64,000 nt of DNA from Eledone cirrhosa. Its lineage: Eukaryota. Position numbers and translations under genes: made by a program. Positions 49,027 to 64,000 of this stretch are shown in pieces (position 1 is the first letter of the stretch; each line of letters begins with the position of its first letter). A model generated the notes under the pieces. It did no database searches, was not told the DNA's origin, and saw only the letters and a program-made list of their open reading frames with translations. Location: NCBI GenBank assembly GCA_964016885.1, contig OZ024740.1, forward strand, positions 348,254,001 to 348,318,000, read 5' to 3'.

Positions 49027-49840
49027 ATACATACATACATACATACATGATGGTTGCTGCCCCCTCGTTATCGAGTATGGTCATTGCACAATATACCATT
49101 ATCAATAATCATTAATTAATTCTATCCTGGGGTGGATTGGCAGTATCGGTAGAAGGTCGGACGCCATGCTTTGTAGCACAGTTACGTCCCTTTACGGACT
49201 GAGTTCAAATGCCGCCGAGGTTAACTTTGCCTTTCATCCTTACGGGGTCGATAAAATAAAGTACCAGTAATACACTGGGATAATTGCTGGCCAAAAAGTA
49301 GAAACAATCAATTAATTCTATCCTGCAATGCCTGTGCGTGAAGATATTTTTTAAAGTGAGGAAAGACTGTGCACTGAGCCAATCCCACTCTCTGAGCGAC
49401 AGTAGCTATAACCCGAAAAGAAGAAAAGATCAACATCATCGGTAACTACTGAGCCGCAGGTTTTATATCGGAGTTATCCCAGTTTCCTGAGTTGCCTTCT
49501 CCTAGAAGAATGCGCTGACAAAGGCTAGGGGTCCCTCACTCCCAGTGGTTTAACCGCGCGATCGGGTGTCCGGCCCGACTATTTCTATGTCCCCGCCCAT
49601 ATATATACACATGCACCCAAGTATATACACATATAAATATACATACATATAAATATATATATACATGTGTATATACATATTTACACACTTTTGGCACACG
49701 TTGACTCTTATGAGTTCTTCCGCCCTTTGTCAGGTTTTGTTTTTTGTCTTGCAGGGTGTCCAAAATCACCCTCCTCACCAAGTAAACTTGGTGGGGTTGC
49801 CGGTTTAGTCGCCGACGACCCGATCATGTGACTGGTTGTA
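49027..49840 (-). mobile_element. RTE-derived non-autonomous element, interrupted by a SINE
   Basis: (TATG)n tail, similarity to 38040-38108, and 5' sequence resembling RTE UTRs. Confidence 0.55.
49130..49309 (+). mobile_element. SINE family A with a 16-bp target-site duplication
   Basis: aattaattctatcctg occurs at 49114-49129 and 49310-49325. Confidence 0.92.
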
Positions 49841-50320
49841 CATACATACTCACATACATACATACATACATACATACATACATACATACATACATACATA
49901 CATGCATGCATGCATGCATGCATACATACATACATACATACATACATACATACATACATACATACATACATACATACATACATACATACGTTAGACTAAC
50001 TAGAATATGCCATTCCTGTTGAAATAAGCTTATCAGAATCGAGTAAATACAAATAATATTTACCTTACATACCTATATATTATAGTGGAATCGTGAAAAA
50101 GTATAAACAATAGCATCCAAATATCATTGGGAAACGTTATAATTTTATGGAAGCCAAAAGATGGAATTAAAATTGACCTGTGATAAAGGGTAATATCACG
50201 TTCAGTAAGCAAAATATTTTTAAAACTATTACACACTGGTACATATATATTATTCACTAAATTCGAGTTATAAGAATATAGATAGAATACATGAGTTCTC
50301 TACACATATTAATGGAAATT

Positions 50321-50655
50321 ATAGAATTAATAATTGTTTCTACTTTTAACACAAGGCCAGCAATTATCCCAGTGTATTACTGGTACTTTATTTTATCGAC
50401 CCCGTAAGGATGAAAGGCAAAGTTAACCTCGGCGGGATAGAATTAATAATACTAGAGTATATTAGGAAAAATAATAGAGATTATTGGAAACATAGGCAGT
50501 GAATTGGCAGAAACGTTAGAACGTTGGATAGAAGGATTTATGTTATTTGCACCGTCTCTTTGCTCTCGGAGTTCAAATCTTGGTGAGGTCAAATTTGCCT
50601 TTCATCATTTCGAGGTCAATAATTAAAAGTACCAGTTCAGTACTCGGGTCGATTC
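50321..50655. mobile_element. Truncated SINE A (-, TSD atagaattaataat) and an older related SINE (+, ~50495-50655)
   Basis: Conserved central domain in both. Confidence 0.75.
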
Positions 50656-51003
50656 TTCCTCTATACCGCGTTCCCATTTCCACTTTATATCTATCTCTGG
50701 AAGAAATCTGCTGTACTCTGGCCTGGAAGGGAATGGTCTCCGCCAGGTTTGAAATGCCTGAGAAACGCCGTATGTAAATACGGCGCCCCCCATAACTCCC
50801 TCAATAGTTACGGGACCACACGTACATATACAATGCAGTAATAAATATATCTATAATCAAGTGAAGGTTTAGATACTATGAATATTATAACTTAAGATAT
50901 ATTAACAGAGGAAATAGACTATTTTCAGAATAAGTTTGTGACTATAACATAGAATATGTATAAAAATACACCCATTCATACACACATTCATACACAGACA
51001 GAC

Positions 51004-51086
<83 letters not shown>

Positions 51087-51164
51087 CATAGATGCTCACA
51101 CAAATATATATAGAAACACACACATAGAACTATGAATTAAAATTTCGCTTCATTAACTACTGAA

Positions 51165-51250
<86 letters not shown>

Positions 51251-51998
51251 CTGTGTGTGTGTGTGTGTGTGTGTGTTTTGTGTATGTACATTAATATAAC
51301 TCTCAGAAAATCAACTGAGTTCTTAGGATAGATCAAACGACTTTACAGACTGTTCAATTTTTTAGCACATGTTTCATAAACAATATTTTTTGTTTAGTTT
51401 AGAGATTTTTTATCCACGATCCTTTCATTTCAAACATCTGACGATCGAACCTCTCTCTCTATATATATATATGATTGAAAATTGTACGGCCATATAAATA
51501 CAAATATACATACGTTTGTAACGCTCTATATGTCTGCGTTTGTATTTATTGATCGTTAACTGCTTAGATAAATATATATTCTTTTATGTTTCATCATACA
51601 ACTGTCCGAGAAGAAAGAGCAATGATATTATATTTTTAAATGTTATTAATTAAATAAAGAAATCATTATTAAATAAAGAAATCATTAATTAAATAATCCA
51701 AGTCTTCTCGTAAGCAGCAGTGGAAGATGAATTTTAAGACAACACTGCGTCCACTCTAATATAAAATTTGCTTATGTATATGTTATCTCCATCAGTAATA
51801 TGAGCTCGTATACGAGCCAACGAATTATGCTTCTAAGGTGTCACTGAAGGTCTACAAATATAGAAATATCTTCCTCAAATCAGACCCCTACATTACATGG
51901 CCTGGTACATTTGGAAGTGTGGTTCGAACTACATTTGATCATATAGTAGATGAAGGTTGATGCATGGGTAATTATCAAATTTTATATGTCGCTGCGTG

Positions 51999-52095
<97 letters not shown>

Positions 52096-52103
52096 ATATA
52101 TAT

Positions 52104-52202
52104 AATTTGTCATCGGCTAAACAGATTTAATCGAGCCCTTTGTTTATAAACGAATCGAATATTATTATTAATATTCGCGATAACCCATACGTACACACAC
52201 AG

Positions 52203-52258
<56 letters not shown>

Positions 52259-52593
52259 ACGTATGCATGCTTACATTCATGTATCAGTTGTGCTAGAGCG
52301 AGTAATAAAATTCGAATTTTATCTTTAGTTTTCGGTTCGATCAGTCGTAACTCGTTCGGTATGCAAATGAGGCTACTCAGAAAAAACTATACATGTTCAA
52401 CCGTTCAACAGACTGGCAGAGGTATGCAGTCCCGATGAAGGTTAATGACCCCAAAACATGTTGATTCTTCCTCGATGCCAGCGTTGAACAAACGGATGAC
52501 AATTTGTCATCGGCAACAACTCACCATTAATCGGGCCGTTTGTTTACAAACGAATCGAATAATATTATTAATATAATCGATACGTACATATGC

Positions 52594-52600
<7 letters not shown>
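52104..52600 (+). mobile_element. Older relative of the 53-kb retrozyme, ~397-nt period, with a decayed HHR at 52428-52466
   Basis: aatttgtcatcggc...aaacgaatcgaata is repeated. The motif reads agtc-CCGATGA-aggt..acc-aaaac-at-GTT-gatt. Blocks are shared with 53690-53930. Confidence 0.6.
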
Positions 52601-52658
<58 letters not shown>

Positions 52659-52675
52659 TACGTATACATACCTAC

Positions 52676-52707
<32 letters not shown>

Positions 52708-52710
<3 letters not shown>

Positions 52711-52913
52711 GTTCGACTTTCGTCAAATCGGACCGAGGAAACAATGTTTCGATTGGGCTTTCCAATTGATAATACTATGTATCTGTCGCAACTCTGGGTA
52801 GAAGGAGCAACGTGAAATACTGTCTTGCCCAAGGACATATTGCATCAGTCCGGAAATCGAACTCAAAATCTCCCGATGGCGAATCATATCCTCTAACTAC
52901 TCAGTCATGCGCC
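52708..52913 (-). mobile_element. SINE family B, full length
   Basis: Reverse complement has a tRNA-like head (gagtagttag, gagttcgatttcc); matches 29335-29462 and 14606-14707. Confidence 0.8.
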
Positions 52914-52922
52914 TACACACAC

Positions 52923-53027
<105 letters not shown>

Positions 53028-53297
53028 AATAAACGGAAAAAATGAAACGAAATTTCATTTCTCACTCTTAGTACGGCTGTTACTTAAATATAAGTATGTA
53101 TACGTACATACATATATGCATCCATACGTACAGTAGTATGTATATATATATACATACATGCACACACATATATATGTACTTATGGATTCACGGAATATGT
53201 ATTATAATGCTCGGTGTGTTTGTAAACAAACATCCCGAATTAAGCCGTACAGTGTCTAGCAACCATCGTTGCTCATTTGTTCAACACTGACAGAGGA

Positions 53298-53340
53298 ACG
53301 CTGTACTAGTTTCAAGCTTATTAGCTATCGTCAGCAACGT
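53298..53340 (-). ncRNA. Canonical minimal type I HHR
   Basis: acgttg-CTGACGA-tagct aata agctt-GAAAC-ta-GTA-cagcgt. Confidence 0.9.
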
Positions 53341-53809
53341 ATACTTTCCTGCCAGATGATTGAACGTCTGAAATTATATACTTTTCTTATGCATATTAAC
53401 GGCTGAGCAGCCTAATTTGCATATCGAGTGAGTTAATCGGCCGGGGTACCGAAAACGATAAACGATAAACTGTACGGCTTAATTCGGGATGTTTGTTTAC
53501 AAACACACTTAGCATTATAATAAATTTTTGGTGAATCCATACGTACATATATATGAGTGTGCATGTATGTGTATATATACATACTACTGTGCGTCTGTAT
53601 ACATATATGTATGTACGTATACATACTTATATTTAAGTAACAGCCGTACTAAGAGTGAGAAAAAAAATTTCGTTTCATTTTTTTAGGTTTATCGTTTTCG
53701 GTACCCCGGCCGATTAACTCACTCGATATGCAAATTAGGCTGCTCAGCCGTTAATATGCATAAGGAAAGTATATACTTTCAGACGTTCAATCATCTGGCA
53801 GGAAGGTAT

Positions 53810-53852
53810 ACGTTGCTGACGATAGCTAATAAGCTTGAAGCTAGTACAGCGT
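53810..53852 (+). ncRNA. Type I HHR, same family (A15.1 changed to G)
   Basis: acgttg-CTGACGA-tagctaataagctt-GAAGC-ta-GTA-cagcgt. Confidence 0.75.
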
Positions 53853-54809
53853 TCCGTTGTCAGTGTTGAACAAATGAGCAACGATGGTTGCTAGACACTA
53901 CGGCTTAATTCGGGATGTTTGTTTTCAAACACACCGAGCATTATAATAAATGTTCGGTGAATCCATACGTACATATATATGTGTGTGTGCATGTATGTAT
54001 ATATATATACATACTACTGTACGTCTGTATATATATATGTATGTATGTACGTATACATACTTATATATATATACACATACACAATATATATATATATATA
54101 TATGTGTGTGTGCGCGCGAGTGTATTAAGGATCCAGTAATACATGCCTCGACTTGCTTCATATGAATCTTCGATCCAGAATTCCAATTTCGTCAACAAAG
54201 CGAGACACAGTGGACAATGTCGTACTATTTGAATCTAAAACCAAACATGATTGCAATGATCCCGTTTATTAGTTTGCTTCTTTTTCTGACCGATTCCACT
54301 TTACATTCAGCTAAATTTTATTTAGTCAAGGCTGACCACATACTTCAATTTATATTGAAATTTTATCTGAAGTCTGTGGTTAATGCATTAGAGAACACGT
54401 CAAATGATGTCCCGCAGTGTATGGTTAACTCTCCCTGTCACATGTAGTGTCTTTGGAAATTCTGAAGCTTGAAATCAACGGCCAAATCACGGCCAAAAGC
54501 TTGAAATCACGGCCAAATCAACCCAACAAGGCATCTCCACTTTATGCTAGTTTTTTATCGTCACTTAAATCGTCCAAAATGTCTTATTTATAATGTTAAC
54601 CTCAAGTGAAGTAATACATGTCAGGAATCATTTGCTTCTCTTCAGGTGACACTGAATTAGTATGGTATCGAACATATGCGTCCATTCATCAGTATCTCTA
54701 TTCTTCTTAACAGCAACCTCTCGCACACATACTTAGGAACTGGTTACCTATCAACCAATATATCCATATCTCTTCACACACACACGCACACACACACACA
54801 CACACACAT

Positions 54810-54846
<37 letters not shown>

Positions 54847-55720
54847 GACAATACAGATGAATTTATATCAATATACAGAATATTGACACGCTGAACCATA
54901 ACGGCATAATGTAAATTTGGCTTTAATATACCAAACAGAGAGCACCCTCTTACACATAATGTTTTGGATACATATTTAATATCTTGAAAATAAATAACAT
55001 AGATCCAAGCAGAATAGAACAAATATTACTTACATTACGTTAGCAATATATTGTTCTAACAGACATTAACAACATTGTTTCGGGATTTGAGAGAACAGAA
55101 CATTTACCATAATTAAATGGATAATTAGTAATGTTAAGATGTCCATCATCATCAGTAAATCGACATATTTATTAGACAATATATTAATTGTCCATAATTA
55201 AATTTGAGACGAGACAGAACCTCATATGTTGTTATAGAAGCTGCGACAATAGCTGCTCTCGATAGTGGTAGTCAGAGAGGTATTCTAAAAATAGGTCACT
55301 CACAAGCCGTAAAGCATCTCTACCGATATATACAAAATAATTAAATGGCTAATGAGTGATGTAAAGAAGCTGACCCTCTAGACAAAATATTTATTGTCCA
55401 AATATTATTGGGAAAATAAAACTACAACTAATAATACTACTACTACCAGCATGTAGTATTATGATTTATCTACAATTCATTTTTATTACTCGTTCTCATT
55501 TCAACCGAAATGAAAGACGAGTCATTGAATTTGATAATCCTTACAAACAATGGTGACGTAATTAGAGATGTAGACAAAACAGATTATGTCTGTAGCAAAG
55601 TGAATACTTTCAACTACTCAAGAACTGTCTGCTTAATTTACCTCATTGATGCTTTATAATCCTACATATTTCTTTTGTCCACCGACGCTTTGTACAAATT
55701 TTCACGTATTATATTTTATA

Positions 55721-55905
55721 TTGGCAGTATCAGTAGAGGGTCGCACGCCATGCTTTGACGCATAGAATTACGCCCCTTTTCATTCTGAGTTCAAATCCCA
55801 CCGAGGTTAACTTTGCCTTTCATCCTTACGGGGTCGATAAAATAAAGTACCAGTATAACACTGGGTAATTACTGGCATTGTGCCAAAAGTAGAAACAATT
55901 ATATT
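55721..55905 (+). mobile_element. SINE family A
   Basis: Near full length. Confidence 0.88.
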
Positions 55906-56504
55906 TTATTTCCTAATTATTCACTCTCCTTTAGCTCTCTGGTATGCCAAACTTGGATTTACGTATGTTAGCTTCATTTATCTTGTTTCTAGTTCCAGTC
56001 CAGTTTCGCAGGTTCGATATAAGCATACCCGAATGCATTAACACGATTTTAGAAAAACAAAACAGAAACATGACTGCTGTATCTCTCCATTTAAAAGTTA
56101 CACAAAATTACGTTTTCTGTACTTATCGAAAGGTACTACCAATGCAATAATTCAACAATTGTCCGAATCAAAGTTGTGACTTGAATAAGGTGAGAAATAA
56201 AGGACACCTTTTTGCATAAACAGGAAATTATGCTCATTGAGTGAGCCAAACTACGGGTAAAAAACGTGGAATTGATTTGTTTAATTTTTAGTCACCGTAG
56301 TTCATCATCAGAGAAAATGTACCCATTTTAGATGCTTAAACCTATTTAGGGTGTGTAAAAGCAGGGACACATCTAAACTGGTATGTCTAATCTGCATAAA
56401 TGCGCGTGAACTGAGAATGATGATTAAATAGTTCGCAGAGCTCTACAGAATATTTGGGGATAATCTTAAATATAAAGTATCTTTTATTATTTTAATAATA
56501 ATAT

Positions 56505-56697
56505 GGCCAGTGGATTGGCAGTATCGGTAGAGGGTCGCACGCCATGCTTTGACGCATAGAGTTACGGCCCTTGCCATTCTGAGTTCAAATCCCGCCGAGG
56601 TTAGCTTTGCCTTTCATCCTTATGGGGTCGATACAATAAAGTACCAGTAATACACTGGGTAATTGCTGGCCTTGTGCCAAAAGTAGAAACAATTATT
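56505..56697 (+). mobile_element. SINE family A
   Basis: Full length. Confidence 0.9.
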
Positions 56698-56985
56698 TTA
56701 ATAAATAGAACATTTAGCCAACAGTAAACAAAGTGGTTACACTACAATTTTCTGATACTATCGGTAAAAACTGGTATCGAATATACCAACTTTTAACATT
56801 CTTAGAGCTTCACTAGAGAAAATATAGCTGTCTCATTCGCTCGTGTAGGATAGTATCGTATATCTATAATGTATGCAAACTAGGGTTATGTTGAATAAGA
56901 TCATATTGATTCAGAGTGAGGCAGAGCGAAAATCGGGGAAATAAATTATATGTAAATCTGTGTAGGTTCTCCGTCTCTCTTTGCA

Positions 56986-57019
<34 letters not shown>

Positions 57020-57918
57020 GGCGCGCGCGCGTGCGTGTGTGTATGTATGTGTGTGCGTTCGCGCGTGTGTTTGTGTGTGTGAGCTATATGTAGAAAACGC
57101 AGCGCGAAAGGTTTTGTAATAAATATTATCTTAACGACATTTATTACTTGGACAAATCAGTGATCTAAAAATATCTCGTATTCGATTTACGAATACCTTA
57201 CTACTGCTCACCCCCGTTTACTATAGAAGCAGTAGCAAAAACAGAAATATGATCAACAATATTAATGTTCGGATATAAAAATATATGAAAAATGCATACA
57301 GAAAATAAAATATATTAAAAGGCAGACACAACTTGCTTGCAAACATATTTATTGGTTTATTGAAACAGCCAGAAACAAGAAATGACTGGCTCACAAAGGA
57401 GAAAATCATATTCATCACTAACTATACAGAAACAACAAACCTATAAGCTGCCTGCCTACAGAATACAACAATATCACGGGAGATAACAAGTGACCCGTAA
57501 ATATACAGTTCAGTTTCGGAAGAACAGAAAGGACCGTGCAAGATTTATATGGCTATAAAAAATCTCTTACTGATTACTAGTGCCATAACCGTAGTTTGTA
57601 ACAAACAAACAAGGGCTTCACACGAAATATTGGCTACGAGTAAAATATCCCCGATAAGAAAAAGGGAAATAACGTCTGAATGGGCAAACCTCAGATCTAA
57701 GATATTGAGGACGTGACTAACCAGCCATATTCTGAGTAAACATGATCCCTAAAATGCATCATCTAATGTGTCCTTATTTATGATTCATGAATTTGGATGC
57801 TATTTCTATTTCATCACGTAGAGGCTTATTAGTCCATTCATAATAAACAGGTGCATCAAACGTGACATCATAAAATGGGAAAGAGATCTAGATATGCACT
57901 CAAAACAGATTCTATCAA

Positions 57919-58093
57919 ATAATTGTTTCTACATTTGGCACAAGGCAAGCGTATTACTGGTGCTTTATTTTATCGACCCCCGTACGGATGAAAGACAAAG
58001 TTAAACGCGGCGGGATTTGAACTCATATCATAAAGGGCCGTAACTCTTTGCTGCAAAGCCAGACCCTTAACCGATACTGCCAATCCACCGCCC
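57919..58093 (-). mobile_element. SINE family A with an imperfect TSD
   Basis: Conserved domain; ctatcaaataat / ctataaaataat flanks. Confidence 0.85.
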
Positions 58094-58339
58094 TGTCTAT
58101 AAAATAATGCCCATGAATAAGTAAAAATAAATATTCCGAGAGTATTTACTCACTTTCAATCGTGTTAGTGCATTTTGCTATGCTTGTATCGAACCTGCGA
58201 AACCGGACTGGAACTGGAAACATGAACATAAATCCAAGTTTGGCATAACAGAGACCTAGAGGAGAAATTTGTACAAAGTGTCGGTGGACAAGAATTATGC
58301 AGGAATAAAATAAAAAAACACTCTACTAACTACACCATA

Positions 58340-58475
<136 letters not shown>

Positions 58476-61400
58476 TCTCTCTCTATATATATATACTTAT
58501 ATATATATATGGGTCTGTGCGTATGTGTATAATGACAGTAAAAATGATATTGAATATTGGTTAATACGTTTTATACTGATGTATTACTTGTAGGGTCACA
58601 ATCTTTGCGCTAGTAGCGTCTAGTTTTAATGCCTGTAAGGTAATTTTCATGTTTCTAAGCTATATATTTTAAGCCGTTTATGCGAAATTATTATTCTGAC
58701 TGGAAGCAAGCTAACTTATTGAAGCCGTTTATAAAAGCTGAAATTTAACAGTACAAAATATATGATGACGAGCTTTATGGCAACTAACTGTCTCTTACCT
58801 CTTGAATTAATCAGAAATTATGTTATAAAGAAAAAGAAAATACATTTAGATTGGAGGTCATATTCGTATGTAAATATATAATTTCAATTGACACGTAACC
58901 GTTCATTATAATTATGAGAGAGCGAGACTTGAAAGGAAATTTCAAACCACCTAAATACTGAATCGTTGTTTTTGCCAAAGGAATTGTATAATTGACCGTA
59001 ATTATTCACAGCTGAGTTTCCCTTAGTGTGAAATAGAACATAAATACTGTTTTATTATCTTTGAGGATATCTTCAATATGTCTCCTTTTTAGAATATCGA
59101 TATTGATCTGTACCCGATTACTGATATTTTGATCTGATTCCGAACTAGCAATGATAATATCGACCACAGGATGGTCAATTCATTTTGAATCAAATACTTT
59201 AGACAACAAACTTTGATTTCATAGTAATTGATTCGATTGAGTTTCCTAGGCGATAGTTTCAAAAGAAAAGTGAAAAGAACTTTCGACTTCGATAATATTT
59301 CAAAGTATGTGAATTTTAAGAACTGTACAGTGCATAGCTATAGCCTAAAACAAATAAAATAGGAAATCTTTATTGAAGATTTTGCCGCTGGTAAAAATGC
59401 GCCATAGAGTACCCTTTTCTGTTCTAGAAAACTCATGCATAATATATAGCTTTGCTATTTAATATTTTGTATTTTCTATACAATGCATACTCTTAAGACG
59501 TTTAATTATAAGCGTACGAGATAACATTAGAACAGCATTTTCCCATTACACAGAGAGTCATAGCAATAATTCATTGAAATAGCTTTATAAATTACTTCTT
59601 GATGACATATATGTCATGTATATTGACGATGATATATTTATGCTTCCATAAATCTCTTCCGCGTGACTGATCTTAATACTCTTCAGTACTTACTTCGAAG
59701 TTTCGATATTGATGAGGAAATCGAAGACTGAAAGAATCATCTATAATTCCCACCACCACCACCACCACCACCATCATCATCATCCTCATCATCATTATCA
59801 TCATCAGAACATATATATGAATTTAATTGGTTAACGAAATATTTTCATTAATCACTGATTTTCCCCTTATTAATACTGATACTATATTTTCTATAGATTC
59901 AATAGATCGTTGCAAGACGAGGTATAGATTCTATTTCTATTTCCCTCAGATAGAAATACTACTGCAACTCATCTGATAAAAATATGCTACTACATAAATC
60001 ATATTCAAAGTGCTAAACATTGTGATGTTTAAAGGTTTGAGGCTTAATTAGGCTCTCTTATAAGAGCCGCAAATTATTTCAGCCTTGAAAAGTTATAGAA
60101 CCTATCTTGGATTTATGTTCTACCCATATTAGATACACAAATCTTATGTATCAACAATCATTTCAGTTCGTCCTAATTTAAGATATATTTATTGCATCGT
60201 CTTGAATGAATGTATGAACACGTAATTCGCATTGGTCTCAGAGGAGCGACGTTTTGGGCACCTTAAGCTTATCGCAGACTTTCGCTTCAGCTGTAATCCA
60301 ATTGGTAAGAGATAAGAGCATTTATAATGACAAAACAATAATAAAATATATGGCAAAACAAATATTTCATAACCATGTCCAATCATAACATGTTAATAAA
60401 AAAATATGTATGATATCATAAAAAATATGTATGATATCATACAAAATATGTATGATATGTATGCAATATACGGAAATATGTTTGTAGAATTGTTTCAAAT
60501 GCTGAACGAGATTCGGTTAACGTAACACAGTTTTACGTTTGTACATTTTGTGCAAATAAAAGAGGGTATTTTCATAATATTGTTCATGATTCAGTGTGCC
60601 TTAGAGAAAGTAGGGATGGTTAATGCTGGAATGATATTTGCCAAAATTATCTTCAACTGAATAGAGTCGAATTTAAAGCTAAACACCTTCAAAAACAATT
60701 TTGGATGCCACATCACTGGGAAGTCAATCTCTAGAAAATACATTATTTGTTTCAGTGTAAAGAACATACGTTCTAATAGTAGAAACAACCTCCTGCAAAA
60801 GATGTTATTTTTTCGTATCGATACGAAATATTTCCTCTCTGTAACGCAGTCTTACGCATTCGTTATGTTATATTTCAAATCCTCTAAACACCAAGAGTGA
60901 TATAATACAAAACATTAATATTTAACTCATGGTTCGACTGTTACAAAATCGATTCTCCAGTATGTTCCTATTTTCCTTTGTACTCTATAGTTAGGACTAA
61001 TTCGACTTGAAGTCGATGAATATATTTACACTCGCTCAATACCGATAGCAAGTCATTTGATCCCATTTCTATTGGTTTTCTCTCATTTATTTACGTTTTT
61101 CAAAATCTCTTGCATTAAATAAATGCGAGTTCGATATAGTTAAAATTTGTATTTGTGTAAGTGAATGCTTTTCTCAAGTTCAAATCTACAGTAGACATCC
61201 TATCGTATCCTAACAGCGAGATCCTGCCCGTGTGTTCGTCATTTGACCCAAATGATTTTAATATTGCTAGTGATAGATATATGCTTCATATATGTAATAT
61301 TATGTACCTAAACGTAGTTTTTTTTTCCTTATGGAGCTATTTCTGTAACGAAATAAATATTGAAGATATGAATGTCTTTGATTCAAAATTTGATGCTGAT

Positions 61401-61522
61401 GTAGATTCCTATAATACGGCAACAAATAAAAACATGAAAAATGCTAGTAATGATAAATAGAATGAAACGGGATTGATATATACATACATAGAGAGAGTGA
61501 GTAGACGGAGATAGATAGACAT

Positions 61523-61569
<47 letters not shown>

Positions 61570-62421
61570 TAGGATGTGGCCTAAACAAGCCACGTCACAT
61601 ATAGGAAAACAGAAACATCAGGTAACAGGTGCAAAATTGTATCGTAATCAAACTGAGTTGCTACAGGTGTATAAACGTTTTGATTTGAGGTAGAGATTGC
61701 TTGCAGTGAGGTAACAGGAAATATACTCAATGGGAGAGCTTATTTTTAGATTAACATCCCTTTTGCGCTAATAATATTTTACAAAAATACATATATCCTA
61801 TCATATTTATAGCTAAGCACGTGTACATACATACGTTTATACGCATGGTCGGATATTTATAAACACGCAAATTTTAACATACATAAACTCACACAATTTA
61901 CACAATCAGATATACTTACGCATAGAGGTTCATATCTTTTGAAATACACTCAGATACTCTCGCACACACAAAGAATACTTAAACACAAACAAGTGCCTCT
62001 TGGAGACTCCCACACATTGACACTCATATTACATTCAACCCTCCGAGACGAAATGTATGTTCTTCAGGTTGTTACTGTAGCAGTTTTGGTATAATTAGAA
62101 CAATAGTGGGTTGAATCAATAGAATGAATTATTGTACTTATTAATTTACTGTTGGAAGGAATTTTGAATATCCCAGGTAATGTGAACTATAAAGTACCCT
62201 ATATAAAACAAATGAAGGAGATTCTGTACATTTAAAGTGACATCATATCCGCTCACACCTTTTTTGTTTCTTTTTTTTTTCTTGACTCCCACATTCTCTC
62301 TTTTAGGGATATAATCATCTATTTGTGAGCATGAGTTATATACGTATATATATATATTATTATTTTTTTTCTCATTATATATATATATATAATGAAAATT
62401 TGACACCTCGCCCATACTTAT

Positions 62422-62494
<73 letters not shown>

Positions 62495-63801
62495 AGTGCT
62501 ATACAAAAGTGGTATACAAAAAAAGTGCTATACAAAAATGTTTAAATCAAATTAATTTAATTTAAATAGACTCTGGTGAGCTATTCTTCCAGGAATGACA
62601 TTTCTTTTATTGTTGTTTCTAGTCGAACGTTGATGTTCGCAATACATCCAGTAATATATTTTCAAATGTTTTGATTCTTGAGGCAAATGCATATTAGTTG
62701 GAAATATATTAGAGCAAAGGGTAGTAATAAAAATGAAATTATGAAGCAACACTCCGCAATAAAGATACAACTGATAGTACCGATGAATCCAAATGTATAT
62801 GTGGTTATTTTGTACATATAGTTACAGTCAACATGGGTGATATATAATATCACATTTCTTATTCTTTTGCTGATAGCAATTGGGGTTTACGAAGCTATTT
62901 AGATAGGAATAATAATGTGACAATATTGAAAGATAATGCTCGAAAACTTCCAAAGAAATCAATCATTGAAATAATGTTGTATATTCTTTCCATGTAAAGT
63001 GGAAATCATTATTATAATATGTTTCTGCTGATATGGAAATGATGGATATTCATTTAGATTAATGATATTATATACAGCTAATTATATTTACGAGATTAAA
63101 AATAAATACCTTCACGCGGTTCATTACTAAAATATAATTTATCACTCTACTGTATGTTTGTATCTTGATATCTATATATGTTCTTCTAGTTCTATTTTTA
63201 TTATCTCTCACCATGAGAGAATGATCTATTTTCCAAACAAGAAACAAAGCACTGTAATAGACATCAAGTAATTGATCAAATGTGTTTATATCTGCTCACA
63301 TATGTGTGAGCATGCATGAATCCCATTGTGTCCATAAATAGTTTTTGCATGTATTCTTGTGTGTATGCATGTACTTATACTACAGGTTAAACCGGAGTGC
63401 GTAACATATCTTTGCAAGTCCGTTAATGGCTTATAAATGTAAATTTCTAATTAGCTATATCCTTTATAGTTTTGTGAACCCCTGCTTCTCAACACGGGTG
63501 CTGAGGCAATTACTAATTATATAACACGGCGTCCTAATAGTCACAAGTATAAAACTAAACTTACAATCCGAGTGGAATATCTCCAGATTTCACATTTGTA
63601 TTTTGTTTTACTTTAATCTTTAACATTATGTCAACGTCTGTTGGACAATTGATTTCTATTTGTGTGGACACTTTTTTTCCCTGCCACAAATCATTATTTA
63701 TTATTTGTTGGAACTATCTAAATTCATCTAATATATCTATGTATGTATGCATGTATGTATGTATGTTTGTATATATATGTATTTGTGCATGTATATATGC
63801 T

Positions 63802-63863
<62 letters not shown>

Positions 63864-63864
<1 letters not shown>

Positions 63865-64000
63865 TAGCAGTGGTACCCGGCGTTGCACGGGATAAGGTAT
63901 TTGGGAACGCGGGCCGCCAACAGACCTAATCGTGGAAAGACTGCATGCCTGGACAATATGTAAAGAAAATAAACCGAATAATCTGATGGCTGGATAATCT
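63864..64000 (-). mobile_element. Helitron-like 3' end abutting (TA)n
   Basis: Minus strand reads cccgtgcaacgccggg hairpin, then ...tgCTAG|T; same end type as 34753-34780. Confidence 0.7.

Larger units (their letters stand above)
53036..54065. mobile_element. Retrozyme-like element: ~426-nt monomer, 1 copy on minus head-to-head with ~1.4 permuted copies on plus
   Basis: Inversion at ~53468; direct repeat at 53473/53899; an HHR in each arm. Related fragment at 1838-1920. Confidence 0.85.

Noticed and set aside
50700-50800. GAAAC followed by the hairpin gccgtat/atacggc, as a possible HHR
   Set aside because: There is no CUGANGA-like core and no valid cleavage triplet.
59255-59320. Resemblance to 28S rRNA (gaaaagtgaaaagaacttt...gtatgtgaa)
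   Set aside because: The match is short and AT-rich, and the flanks do not match rRNA.

Overview
Non-genic, very AT-rich metazoan DNA, probably an octopod cephalopod judging by its SINE families (inference). It has one 200-N gap and about 15 kb of (TA)n-derived microsatellite. No host protein-coding gene is supported; the YIYI/HTHT/ERER ORFs are microsatellite translations. The window holds four Penelope-like element (PLE) coding remnants, RTE and Tx1-like LINE fragments, about 15 tRNA-derived SINE copies and two Helitron 3' ends. The main hidden signal is about 25 type I hammerhead ribozyme (HHR) motifs found by eye, from more than 12 sequence families. Nearly all lie in short islands between (TA)n tracts. 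Many islands are head-to-head inverted pairs, or circularly permuted multimers of 318, ~426, ~592 and ~635 nt monomers, as expected for retrozyme or PLE cDNAs primed from both strands of a cut (TA)n target. Four unrelated families have a compensatory U3:A8 core, one has U4A, and several have 40-96 nt helix II insertions. All RNA folds are manual and untested; coordinates may be off by a few bases.
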